DNA of 64,000 nucleotides from Blastocladiella emersonii ATCC 22665. Lineage: Eukaryota; Fungi; Blastocladiomycota. The notes beneath the pieces were generated by a model. It searched no databases. It saw nothing but the letters and a program-made list of their open reading frames with translations, and was not told the DNA's origin. The stretch lies in the NCBI GenBank assembly GCA_025594325.1, contig JANHCV010000006.1:1178001-1242000 (forward strand). The letters are read 5' to 3'. Both the position numbers and the translations under genes were made by a program. Positions 1 to 9,802 of the stretch are shown here, piece after piece (position 1 is the stretch's first letter; every line of letters starts with the position of its first letter).

Positions 1-603
1 CCTTTGCTCGCCCTCGCAAACGATCGCCGCCCACGCGCTCGGGCACCCTCCGCGTACGCGCACGGCCGCCGACCACGCGACGCGACGCGGACCCGCTCGG
101 CGCCGATCGCTGTGCTTGTTGCCCACCTTGCTGTTCCCACCTCGCCCCGCCGCGGCTCGCGCGTTCTTCCGGCCCTGCGCTCGCACTCTCCTCTCGCCCT
201 CCCCAAGACGCCTGCTCCCCCGCCCCTTGCTCCCTTCCTGACGCGGCCCTGCGCCCTGAGGACCCGATTGCTTCGCGCACACCTCCCTCTCCCCTCCCAC
301 TCAGCCCGCTCGACCGCTGCTACCTCGCCGTCGCGGTCATCCTCTGCGCCTCTCTCCATCCGCTTGCGCTTGCGAACCCGGCCCGCGGACGCGCCGCGCG
401 TCCGACCGACCCTTGCGTCTCTTGCGCGTCTGCGTACCCTCCCTCCCCTCCTCGCCGCCCTCTCGTGTACGTACTTCTCGCTCGCACGCGTCCGATGCAT
501 CGCTCTGACTCGACGCGTCCCTCCACGTAGCCAAGACACCCATCGGCCACCGCGCGACCGGCCGTCGCGCGACCCCTCGACTCCCACCCACCTCGACGTA
601 GCC

Positions 604-3600
604 ATGGCCGCCTTCAACGCCAACGGCTTCGACCTCTCCGCCCACTGGGACCGGGGAACCGCGCCGCTGCCGCTTTCGGCCGGCACCGACCGCCGCACGC
701 CGTACCACCAGCACGCGGTCCCTCCCCCGATCCCCACGCCGGCCCCGACGCCCACCCTGCACCTCTCGCCCGCCGCCCCGCTCGCGTTCCACCACCGCCA
801 GCAGCAGCACCAGCACCAGCCGCCGCCGCCGCGCCTCCACGCCACGCCGCACCTGCGCCAGCTCCACCACATGGCCGCCGCCGCCATGGTCGCGCCGTAC
901 CCGATCCCGCTGCACGACGCGTCGCGCCCGATCCACCTGACCACGCCAGCGGCCATGGCGGCTCGCAGCCGCGCCCAGCAGGCCATTGCGGCCGCCATCA
1001 TCGCTGCAGCCGTCGACGCCGCCGCCGAGGCCGACTACATGCTGCCGATCCCGCTCCAGCTACAGCAGCCGCCGCCGCGCCAGTTCTTCGCGCCCGCCGA
1101 CCCGCACACTCTCGGCTGCGTCACCTCGGCACCCACCAACTTCCGGTTCCACATGTCGCCCGTGCCGACGTCCACCTTCGACGCGCTCCCCGACGCGTTC
1201 CAGCCCGCGCTCGCGCCACCGCCGCCTCCGCCGCCGCCGTCGCGGCAACCGAGCGGCGGCGGCATGATCTGGCCCGCGCTCCTGTCGCCGCCGATCCTGT
1301 CGCCCGACGCCACGACCATCGGGTCGCCGCTGTCGTCCCGGCTCGGCGTCGCGTGCGGGAACGGGAGCGGTGGCGGTGGGAGCTGTGCCGGCGACGGGTT
1401 CCTGTCCGACGCCATGGGCCTCCCGCTCAGCGCCGGCCCGTCGGCCGCCGACTCGGGCCTGCCGTGCTCGCCCAACGTGTGGCTGCCCCAGATCACCATC
1501 AACCCGAACGTGAACGTGTTCTCGAGCTCGGATCCCGCCAGCACCGCGTCGGCCATGCCCACCGCGCTCGACGCGTTCGATGCCGTGTCGAGCCCGATGC
1601 ACCACCTCCACCGCCGCCCGTCGTTCCTCCTCGACTCGGACCCGTGCTCGGTCGACGAGGACATGCCCGTCGATTTCGGGTCCGTGGTCGAGGACTGGCC
1701 GCCCGCTACGCTGCTCGGCATGTCGCCCGACCTTCGCAGTGGTGCGGCGCGTGGCGCGAGCGCAGTCGGCCTCGCTGCGCCCGCTGCGGACCCGGACCCC
1801 GACGTCGTCTCTCACCCGGCCGGGTTCGACCCGTCGGACGAGCCCGTCGGTCTCGGTATCATGTTTGGCGAGACCCGGTGCGAGGACGCGCCCCGCGATC
1901 CGCTCGGCCGGTGCTCGCCACGTCGACCTCGACTCGACGCGCCGCGGCACGAGCACGAGCACGACCACGACGACTCGGCCATGCACGTCGACGAGCCTAT
2001 TGCGCCGCCCGCCGATTGGTCGCACCCGCGGCTCGACGACGCGCCCGTCCCGCGACCCGTCGCTCGGCGCACCAAGCGCATCCGGCTGCGGATCGAGTCG
2101 GCGGCATCGGTACTGGGCTCGACGTCGCCCGCGGTGACTGCGCGCGGCATGGAGAACGGCAACGGCGAGGAGCGCGAACCCGAGCCTTTCGCGGCCCCGC
2201 CGAGCCCTCGTGCCGCCGCGGCAGCCGCTGACGACGACCTCGAGCTCACGCGCGAGATGGAGGCCGCGCTCACGGACTGCCCGTCGCCCATCTCGAGCGT
2301 CTCCGCCCCGCCGTCGCCCGCTGCTCCTGTCGTCGCCCTGCCCTCGCCCACCGCGCACGTCGCCCCACCTTCACCCGCTGTCCCGCCGTCGCCCGCCGTG
2401 CCCGTCGCCCCGCCGTCGCCTGTCCCAGCAGCCGCAGCGATACCATCGAGCCCGCTCCTCGGCCACCTGTTCGCGGCCGGCAACTTCCCGCCGTTTGCGC
2501 GGCGCCAGGCGGCCCGCGTCGCCGAGAACCGCATGCAGTCGCAGATGCGCGGCAAGGACGAGCCCAAGGTGACGCTTGGCCGCGCGTCGAAACCGTCGTC
2601 GTCTTCTGCTTCCTCATCGTCGTCGTCGTCGCGGCCTCGGAACCGCGACCGCGATCGGGACCGTAACCGGAACCGCAAGCGCGACCGTGAACGTGAGCGC
2701 GAGCGGAAACGCGACAGCAAGCGCTCCCGCAAGCCGAAGCGCGCGCGTTCGCGCGAGGTCGACGAGGTCGAGGACGCGTCCGGGCCCCCGCTTACGCTCC
2801 CCGCCGATGCTGCGGCGCCTCGCGTCCGCACCACGTCCAAGGCGCGCAAGCGCACGACGTCGACGGCGTCTGTCTCGGTCTCGGCGCTCGACGCGCTGTC
2901 GCTCATCGGCGCGCGCACGTCGCCATCAACCCCGCCACTTCCCACGCTTCTGCCATCCTCGCCGGCACCCGCCCCGCTCCTGTTCGCGCCACTCCCGCCC
3001 GAGCTGCCCGCCACTACTACGACGTACCACGCGCCGACGGGTCTCGACGGCGTACCCGTCCTCCCGGATCTGCGGCCCGCGACGCCCGAGCGCGGTCTGG
3101 CCGTGAGCCCGCCGCTCACGTCGCCACCCCCGTCGCCCTCGCTGAGCGACGACTCGGACGAGGATAACTCGGCCGACGGCGACTTTGCGCTCGCGGGTGA
3201 CGAGGCCGAGGAGAGCGACGACTTTGACGAGCTCGCCGCGTTCGGCCTCCCCATCTTCTCGTGGTCGCCGCCGCGGCGCCGCCGGCCGGTGCCGTCGGAC
3301 CACGGTCGTCGCCCGCGGCCTCGCGTCGAGCGGGATCCTGAACCTGTCGTCCAGGAGGCCGTCGTCAGCGCGACCGAGGCGGCTGCGGCACCACCGAGTC
3401 GGCGCTTGTCGGGCAGCAGCAGCTCGCGCCGCGACCGTGACCGCGAGCGGCGGAACCGCAACCGCAACCGCCGCGGGGCCACCGCCGACGGGTCGGCCCC
3501 CGCCGCGCCTGCGCCCCGGACCGTCGCCGTGCTCCGGTTCGCGCCGGACCACCGGCACTGCCACAACTGCGACACGCAGGCGTCGGCGACGTGGCGGCGG

Positions 3601-3981
3601 TCGACGCTGCACGGGCCGGACGTGTACCTGTGCAACCCGTGCGGCCTGTACGAGCGCATGCACGGGCGCGACCGGCCGACGGACCACGTTGTCGACGGCC
3701 AGATCCGCGTCGCCCGCCCGCGCCGCATGTACATGCGGTGCACCAACTGCGGCACCGAGGCGTCGCCCGCGTGGCGCCGCGGCGGCAACCAGGAGTCGCT
3801 GTGCAACGCGTGCGGGCTCTACGCGCGCACCCACGCCGCGCCCCGGCCGCGCGGGTACCAGATGGCTATGGCGGCAACCGGCGAGGGCGACGTGGACGCC
3901 GAAGCTGAGGCCGAGGCGAGAAGCAGTAGCTCCAGTAGCAGCGGGAGCGAGCTCGGTGCCGCCGCCGTCGCCGAGGAGTAG
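604..3981 (+). CDS. GATA-type zinc-finger transcription factor with two C-terminal fingers and a long low-complexity N-terminus
   Basis: Two GATA fingers near the C-terminus: CHNC-x20-CNPCGLY and CTNC-x17-CNACGLY, both with the WRR motif. Likely start is ATG 604 (gccATGg); the frame is open back to position 4. Pro/Ser/His-rich and RD/RE/RN-repeat tracts. Confidence 0.85.
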   Translation: MAAFNANGFDLSAHWDRGTAPLPLSAGTDRRTPYHQHAVPPPIPTPAPTPTLHLSPAAPLAFHHRQQQHQHQPPPPRLHATPHLRQLHHMAAAAMVAPYPIPLHDASRPIHLTTPAAMAARSRAQQAIAAAIIAAAVDAAAEADYMLPIPLQLQQPPPRQFFAPADPHTLGCVTSAPTNFRFHMSPVPTSTFDALPDAFQPALAPPPPPPPPSRQPSGGGMIWPALLSPPILSPDATTIGSPLSSRLGVACGNGSGGGGSCAGDGFLSDAMGLPLSAGPSAADSGLPCSPNVWLPQITINPNVNVFSSSDPASTASAMPTALDAFDAVSSPMHHLHRRPSFLLDSDPCSVDEDMPVDFGSVVEDWPPATLLGMSPDLRSGAARGASAVGLAAPAADPDPDVVSHPAGFDPSDEPVGLGIMFGETRCEDAPRDPLGRCSPRRPRLDAPRHEHEHDHDDSAMHVDEPIAPPADWSHPRLDDAPVPRPVARRTKRIRLRIESAASVLGSTSPAVTARGMENGNGEEREPEPFAAPPSPRAAAAAADDDLELTREMEAALTDCPSPISSVSAPPSPAAPVVALPSPTAHVAPPSPAVPPSPAVPVAPPSPVPAAAAIPSSPLLGHLFAAGNFPPFARRQAARVAENRMQSQMRGKDEPKVTLGRASKPSSSSASSSSSSSRPRNRDRDRDRNRNRKRDRERERERKRDSKRSRKPKRARSREVDEVEDASGPPLTLPADAAAPRVRTTSKARKRTTSTASVSVSALDALSLIGARTSPSTPPLPTLLPSSPAPAPLLFAPLPPELPATTTTYHAPTGLDGVPVLPDLRPATPERGLAVSPPLTSPPPSPSLSDDSDEDNSADGDFALAGDEAEESDDFDELAAFGLPIFSWSPPRRRRPVPSDHGRRPRPRVERDPEPVVQEAVVSATEAAAAPPSRRLSGSSSSRRDRDRERRNRNRNRRGATADGSAPAAPAPRTVAVLRFAPDHRHCHNCDTQASATWRRSTLHGPDVYLCNPCGLYERMHGRDRPTDHVVDGQIRVARPRRMYMRCTNCGTEASPAWRRGGNQESLCNACGLYARTHAAPRPRGYQMAMAATGEGDVDAEAEAEARSSSSSSSGSELGAAAVAEE

Positions 3982-4154
3982 GCGTGCCTCGAGCGCGGCC
4001 ATGGTCGTCGTCGTCGTCAGTCCTCGCGAGATGGTTTTTGACCCACCTCACCTCCCCAACCTGTTTTGTCTATCCCATCCATTCCCCTCCCATACCTCCT
4101 CCTGTCTTGCCATTGATTGAACACAAACACAATCGTCTATTGCGTGCCACGCCT

Positions 4155-7040
4155 TCAAACAACGACATCGCCGAGCTTCACTTCCGTGTACTGCTCGATG
4201 ACCATCTCGAACACGTCGCGGTGGCCCTCGATCACGCGGCGGCGCTCGACCCACGCCGTCTGCGTGGGGTCGAGCACCGCGTCGACGAACGCGTTCACGT
4301 CATGCACGATGCGTACCTCGGTGCGGCTCACGAGTTCGACCGCGACCGTGAACACGGCGTCGCCGCCGCGCTGCGCGACCGTCTTGCGCCCGCCGAGCTG
4401 CGCGGCGCGGAAATCGCCAACCGTCGCCGCGGCGATCCCGCCCACGAGGTCGCGCAGCTCGCGGTTGCGGAGCACCGACGCGAGGCTCCCATGGACCGTG
4501 GCCACGACCGCACCGACGCGCGTGGAGATCGACCGCGCGGCGCCCGCCTCGCGCGCGGTCCCGATCTCGTCGACCGCGGCGATATCGGGGGTATGGTTCT
4601 GCACCGCCTCGAGCATCACCTCGTGCTGGTCGCCGCGCACGGGGACGTGCATGCGGCGGCACCGGTGCAGCGCGGCGTGCGGCGTGCTGCCCATGCCGCT
4701 GACCTCGCCCGACGTGTCGACCACCATCACGCACTGGCCCGACTCGCTCAGCCGCGCGCACACGTCGCGCAGCGTGTGGGTCTTGCCGGTGCCGGGGCGG
4801 CCGACGATCAGGAGCGACGCGCCGCGCGCGACGAGGTCGCGCAGGAGAACGGATGCGAGACCGGTGCGGGGTGCAGCGGCGCGGCCGACGCGTAGGGTCG
4901 CGCCCACGCGCGTTTTGCCGTCGCGGTCCGCGATCCAGCTGATTCGGTGTAGCTGCCCGTCGATCCCGCCGCGCCGGTCCGACGAGAACTTGCGCCCGTC
5001 GAGGATGTGCGCGAGGTCCGCCGCTGTCACGCGGCCGAACGCGTCGAGGTCAATGAAGCGCGGCTCGTCGGTCGAAGGACTACTGGTGGTAAGAAACCGG
5101 AGACGAGGCACAGCACCGAGGTCGAGAATCAGCTCGTCGATCCGGTCCGCCGCGTTGTTCGGGAGCGAGTCGATGAGCGCGCAAAGCCGCGAAGGTAGCA
5201 GCGCGAGGAGATCGCGCAGCTCGCGGTACGACCGCGTGTGGAACTCGGCGTCAGCGATGCGCTCCTCGTTGGTCAGCGCGCTGTCGCGAAGGCGCGGGTG
5301 CGTCGAGGGCTCCACGGTCCAGTGGATCGCGCGCGGGTTGCCCGGAGCGAAGCGTGCACGAACCGTCTCGCCGCGATGGGGCGGCGACGAGTACCAAGTG
5401 ACGGGCGGCGCGGGCGGCTCGGCGGGTTTCGGCTTTGGTTTAGGCTTAGGCTTCGGTTTTGGCGCGGGTTCGGGCTCGGGAGTCGGTTTAGCGGTGAGGT
5501 GCGAAAAAGAGGGGATCAAGACGTTCGCGGTCGGCTGAGAAGTCGATGGCGCTGCGGGAAGCGAGAAGGAGGGGATCGAAACGGAAGTCGATGGCGCTGC
5601 GGGAGCGACGCTCGACGGCGTTTCTGCCGCGGAAGTAGTTGTGGGCGCGCGCAAAGGAACAGCAGAAGCAGCAGAAGCAGAAGGAGAAGCAGCAGAAGCA
5701 GATGCAGATGCAGATGCAGATGCAGACGAAGTTGCTGCTACTGCTGTTGTTGGCGTGGAAGGCGCGGCAGCTGCTGCTGTCGGCGCAGAAGACGCGGCAG
5801 GGGGGATTGCTGATGTCAGCGCTTGGGCGGGTGTTGCTGCAGCGACAGGGCGCAGCGAGATCGCATGTGAACTGCCCGCAGAAGGGTCGGTCGCAGAAGC
5901 AAGTGGAGGCGGCGGTAACATAAAATTGAAGGAAAACTGGCTCCCGAGTTTGCCAGTCACCGTAGTTTCCGAGACCGCGGGAGTCGAAGATGATGCTGGC
6001 TCGGTTACAGTGGCCGTCGTCTCCGAGACCGCAGGAGTCGAAGGCGATGGCTCCGTTGCAGCAGGGGCGACGACGCTGGACGTGGCCGAGGTGTCGAATC
6101 TGGGCATCATGAACGGCGGCAGCGTACGCTTCGGACTCGCGGTTGAAGCCGCACCAGTCGCAGCCGAACTGCTGGCGGAGGCGGCCGCGATGTTCGCCGT
6201 CGCCTCGGCCACGGCAAGCTTGACCCATTCGTTGATGGCGAGCGTGCTCGAATCGATAGCGCTGGCCGCGTCGAGGAGCAGAGCCGAGCAGCGGACGGCG
6301 AACTCGATTCCCTTTGGATCCGCTGAAAGAGCGGCAACGGACCCGGGCAAGAGCGCGTTGACAGCAGCGAAGCCTGCCTTCGAGTCAGCGGACGGGAGCT
6401 GGAGGGCACGGCGAAACACCTTGGCGAGCGTCACCGGGGTGGTGGTCCGTGTAAGCTTGGGAGGAAGGTAGTTGTTGGCAGCAAGAGCTTCGAATGAAGC
6501 TCGGAGGTTAGCGCTCCATGTGAGAGTGCCGAGATTACGATGGATTTCTGCAACACACGCTGCCGTCTTCCACTTGGTGAACAGCATTTTCGTGTCGATA
6601 AAGGTCGTGGCATTGTTGAAATGGACGCTAGCGCGTGACAAGGCGTCCACAGTCGCTTTTTGGTCATGGACGACCACGCAGCATGCCGCGTCGCGAAGCA
6701 CAGACTGCAAAGCGACTCGGTAGGCCTCTTTCACTTCTTCCGTATCAGCGGGCGCTCCAACGTCCCAAAGAACGACGACGGACGCAGTGCCAAGACGGTC
6801 CTTCAATCCGAACGCCATACTGAGAAGGAGAAGGGGTCCAGTTTGCGTCGACTGCTGAGCCCAAATCGCGAGGAGATTGTGGTCGGCTGCTTTGAGAAGC
6901 GCAAAGACCCGATCCGGAGAGGCGGCATCGTTCGGGATCGTGACGACGCGGGAGCCGGCGATAAGCGTTGCGCCGAGTCCGTGAAGCGGATCGCAGCACG
7001 CTGGCGCGCGGGTTTCGCCTTCTATGCATGAAGTTTCCAT
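4155..7040 (-). CDS. Ycf45/SpoIIIAA-like AAA+ ATPase with an N-terminal degenerate 3'-5' exonuclease-like domain and an S/T/A/P-rich linker
   Basis: Walker A GRPGTGKT, VVDTSGEVSG, and EAVQNHTPDIAAVDEIG (Walker B) are typical of the Ycf45/SpoIIIAA family. The N-terminal LQSVLRDAACCVVVHDQKATVDAL...FIDTK resembles the DnaQ-like 3'-5' exonuclease fold (recognised by eye). Confidence 0.8.
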   Translation of the reverse strand: METSCIEGETRAPACCDPLHGLGATLIAGSRVVTIPNDAASPDRVFALLKAADHNLLAIWAQQSTQTGPLLLLSMAFGLKDRLGTASVVVLWDVGAPADTEEVKEAYRVALQSVLRDAACCVVVHDQKATVDALSRASVHFNNATTFIDTKMLFTKWKTAACVAEIHRNLGTLTWSANLRASFEALAANNYLPPKLTRTTTPVTLAKVFRRALQLPSADSKAGFAAVNALLPGSVAALSADPKGIEFAVRCSALLLDAASAIDSSTLAINEWVKLAVAEATANIAAASASSSAATGAASTASPKRTLPPFMMPRFDTSATSSVVAPAATEPSPSTPAVSETTATVTEPASSSTPAVSETTVTGKLGSQFSFNFMLPPPPLASATDPSAGSSHAISLRPVAAATPAQALTSAIPPAASSAPTAAAAAPSTPTTAVAATSSASASASASASAASPSASAASAVPLRAPTTTSAAETPSSVAPAAPSTSVSIPSFSLPAAPSTSQPTANVLIPSFSHLTAKPTPEPEPAPKPKPKPKPKPKPAEPPAPPVTWYSSPPHRGETVRARFAPGNPRAIHWTVEPSTHPRLRDSALTNEERIADAEFHTRSYRELRDLLALLPSRLCALIDSLPNNAADRIDELILDLGAVPRLRFLTTSSPSTDEPRFIDLDAFGRVTAADLAHILDGRKFSSDRRGGIDGQLHRISWIADRDGKTRVGATLRVGRAAAPRTGLASVLLRDLVARGASLLIVGRPGTGKTHTLRDVCARLSESGQCVMVVDTSGEVSGMGSTPHAALHRCRRMHVPVRGDQHEVMLEAVQNHTPDIAAVDEIGTAREAGAARSISTRVGAVVATVHGSLASVLRNRELRDLVGGIAAATVGDFRAAQLGGRKTVAQRGGDAVFTVAVELVSRTEVRIVHDVNAFVDAVLDPTQTAWVERRRVIEGHRDVFEMVIEQYTEVKLGDVVV
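5662..5726. repeat. (GCAGAA/GCAGAT)n hexamer microsatellite encoding a poly-(Ala-Ser) tract
   Basis: gcagaagcagcagaagcag...gcagatgcagatgcagatgcagatgcag; translates as ASASASAS on the minus strand. Confidence 0.8.
5959..6061. repeat. Imperfect ~54-bp tandem duplication within the AAA gene linker
   Basis: tccgagaccgc(g/a)ggagtcgaag occurs twice, 54 bp apart; the peptide STPAVSETT occurs twice. Confidence 0.75.
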
Positions 7041-7194
7041 GGTTTTCGTCGTTTACATTGAGGTGTGGTCGGGAGCGAGAGTTGGAGTGGCGCAGCTGGC
7101 TGGCGACGAAAAGTTGATCCGCGCGCGTCCTTTGCCACGTGCTCCGTCTCCAGGCGCGATCCTCATGTAAATATCTCATGAACGACACGATCAG

Positions 7195-8340
7195 TTGAGC
7201 GACTTGCTGCCCTTGCCTTATCATATCGCTCTGAACATGGGACAGGAATCCGAGGCGCCACCCATGATCGCGCCGTTCAAGCAGTGGCACCCGGCCGCGC
7301 AAGCCGCCGCGGCGCTCGTCGGCGTCCCCGTGGCCGTCTACGCTTACAAGTGCGCCATGATGGTCGCGTTCCAGCACGAGCTGATCTACATGCGCCGGAT
7401 GCCGCCGGGCGCGCGCGGCCGGCCGTTTGAGAGCGCGAAGCCGCACGGCCTCGTTGCGGCGGACGTGATCCTGCCCCGCCTGGGCAAGGACCCGAGTCTC
7501 CACGGGCTCTATGTGAAGCGCAATACGCCGACAAAAGTGCCCGACGTGCTCGTCGTGTACCTCCAGGGCAACGGCGGCAACATCGCGCACCGGTTCCCCA
7601 AGTTCCGCTCGCTCCTTGACGCGGTCCCGCGCGACGTCAGTGCCGCGGTGCTTGCGGTCGGGTACCGCGGGTACGGGACCTCGCGCGGCGCGCCGTCGGA
7701 GCGCGGGCTGATCCGCGACGCGGCGCGGTTTCTCGAGCTGGCGCACGACCCACGCGCGCTGGCCGAGTACGTCCCGCAGCTCGAGCCGGCAGCGGTACCG
7801 CCCGCCGTAGTGCTGTACGGCCACTCGCTCGGCGGCGCTGTCGCGGTTGCTTCCGTGTACCACCACTATCACCACCGGCAACCTGCGTCCCCGAACCACC
7901 ACCGCCACATCCCGCGGGACCCGCTCGCCGGCCTCCCCGCTCTCGCCTCCCCAATCGCCGGCGCGGTCGTCCTCGAGAACACGTTCACGTCGCTGCGCGG
8001 CGTGGTGCAGCACCTGTACCCGTCGCACTCGCCGATCCACCACCTGCACCCGTTCCTGCGGAGCCGGTGGGAGTCGCTGCTGCGGCTGCAGCGGCTGCCG
8101 CGCGACGGCGATCCGACGCGGTGGACGTTCCTGTCGGGGACGCAGGACGAGATGGTCCCGCCGCGGATGATGGAAGAGCTCCGCGCGGCGGTGCCCGAAG
8201 AGCGGGCGACCTGGGTCGCGGTGCCCGGCGGGCTGCACAACTCGACGTGGGAGCACGCGGCGTGGCGCTTGGCATGGAGCGGGATCGTGCGGCGGGCGGT
8301 CGAGGCGAGGGATGCGCGGTGTAGGGGAGAGCTAGAATAG
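7195..8340 (+). CDS. Alpha/beta hydrolase, ABHD13/Bem46-like
   Basis: VVYLQGNGGN, YRGYGTSRGAPSERGL, nucleophile elbow GHSLGGAVA, ENTFTSL, GTQDEMVP, LHN. The start may instead be ATG 7237 or 7264. Confidence 0.85.
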   Translation: MSDLLPLPYHIALNMGQESEAPPMIAPFKQWHPAAQAAAALVGVPVAVYAYKCAMMVAFQHELIYMRRMPPGARGRPFESAKPHGLVAADVILPRLGKDPSLHGLYVKRNTPTKVPDVLVVYLQGNGGNIAHRFPKFRSLLDAVPRDVSAAVLAVGYRGYGTSRGAPSERGLIRDAARFLELAHDPRALAEYVPQLEPAAVPPAVVLYGHSLGGAVAVASVYHHYHHRQPASPNHHRHIPRDPLAGLPALASPIAGAVVLENTFTSLRGVVQHLYPSHSPIHHLHPFLRSRWESLLRLQRLPRDGDPTRWTFLSGTQDEMVPPRMMEELRAAVPEERATWVAVPGGLHNSTWEHAAWRLAWSGIVRRAVEARDARCRGELE

Positions 8341-8362
8341 ATGTAATGTACATGTATGAATC

Positions 8363-9463
8363 TCACGCTCTTGGCTCCGCTGCCGCCGCCACCGACTCGC
8401 CAACCTGCTCAGCAGGCACGTCCTCGTCCTTGACGGACCCGGGTGTTGGCTCGTCCATGAGATCGAGCGTGATCTTACCGAACCGTCCGGCGCGGAACGC
8501 CTGGACCATGAACGCAGCCGCACGGTCGCGGTTCGCGAGCCCGCCGCGCTCGAGTGCGCCAACGCGTTTCGCGACGTGGTCGAGGACCGCCGAGATGCGC
8601 ACGTTGGGTTTCATGAGCACGTTGGCGGGGATCTCGAACACGTCACTGATCCCCTGGACGGCGTGGCGGCACCGTAGCGCGTGGACGAGGTACTCGGCGA
8701 GGTTCTGGTGGCCCGCAATGTGGTCGCGGATGCCGCCCGTCAGAGCGATGCGGAACGACTGCTCCGGGTCGCGGATCGACGGGTCCATGATGCCGGGGCT
8801 GTCGAGGACGTAGATTTTTGGGTGCTCGACGACCGTGATGGGGGTGCCCGACAGCGCGCGGGTGACGCCGGGTTGGCCGCCCGTAATGGCGGCCTTGCGT
8901 TTCCCGGACCCGACGTTGCGCAGCGAGTTGAGCAGCGTTGACTTGCCCACGTTCGGCGTGCCCGCGACCATCATGGTCAGGGTCGGGTAGCGCAGCGGGT
9001 CGGCGAGCGCTTTTTCTACACATTTGACGGACAATGAGCTCGTGGACACGCACGACAGCGCAGAGCAGCAGGTACCCTTGATCCCGCGCAACAACGTCTT
9101 GAGCGCGCCACGATCCTCGACTGCGGTGAGGTACACGCGCGTCTTACCCGGCGACTGCGCCTCCTTGGCCGCCGCGTTCGCCTCGCGCTCAATCCGCCGT
9201 GCAAACGCGCGCGTCGTCTCGGCGTCGGCGAGGTCCGACTTGTTGAGCAGCACGACGCGGTCCTTGCCCGAGTAATGGACCATCTTCTCGAAGGCCAGGT
9301 TGACGGCGGACAGCGGGACGCGGGCGTCGCGGACCTCGATGATCAGGTCAACGTGCCGCATGCGCGCGCGCATCTCGCGCAGACCTTTCGTCATGTGGCC
9401 CGGGTACCAGTTGATGGCGCGCAGGTGCGGCGGTAGCGGCGCCAGGGCGGCGCGGGAGGCCAT
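8363..9463 (-). CDS. MTG1: Mitochondrial ribosome-associated GTPase MTG1 (RbgA/YlqF family), one intron
   Basis: WYPGHM, EVRDARVPLS, NKSDL, GTPNVGKS, DSPG motifs (circularly permuted GTPase). In-frame 60-nt intron 9016-9075 (GTACCT...TAG). Confidence 0.9.
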   Translation of the reverse strand: MASRAALAPLPPHLRAINWYPGHMTKGLREMRARMRHVDLIIEVRDARVPLSAVNLAFEKMVHYSGKDRVVLLNKSDLADAETTRAFARRIEREANAAAKEAQSPGKTRVYLTAVEDRGALKTLLRGIKGTCCSALSCVSTSSLSVKCVEKALADPLRYPTLTMMVAGTPNVGKSTLLNSLRNVGSGKRKAAITGGQPGVTRALSGTPITVVEHPKIYVLDSPGIMDPSIRDPEQSFRIALTGGIRDHIAGHQNLAEYLVHALRCRHAVQGISDVFEIPANVLMKPNVRISAVLDHVAKRVGALERGGLANRDRAAAFMVQAFRAGRFGKITLDLMDEPTPGSVKDEDVPAEQVGESVAAAAEPRA

Positions 9464-9802
9464 GGTGGTCAGGTTGCAAGAAGTCGGGTTTCGGGGCAGG
9501 TTACATGAGCCGGTTCGTTGGCGGCGAGGGAAGGAAGAGAAGGGATCGCCGGCGGTGCGAGACAAGCGAGACACTTCGGGCCGGCTGACGGGCGTGGCAG
9601 GGCATCACGTTTCGGCGCGAGACGCGTCGCACCACGCGTTCGCTCGCTCGCTTCTTCCCCCGCCCTTGTCATCGTGCAACCTGCTTCTGCAACCGCACCG
9701 AGTCCCGGCACGCCGCCGACGGGAACCCTACGCATCGACCCCTGCTTGCCATCGAGTGCACCCCCGACGGAGCTGCCCGAGCAAGGCCCGCCGACCGCCA
9801 CC

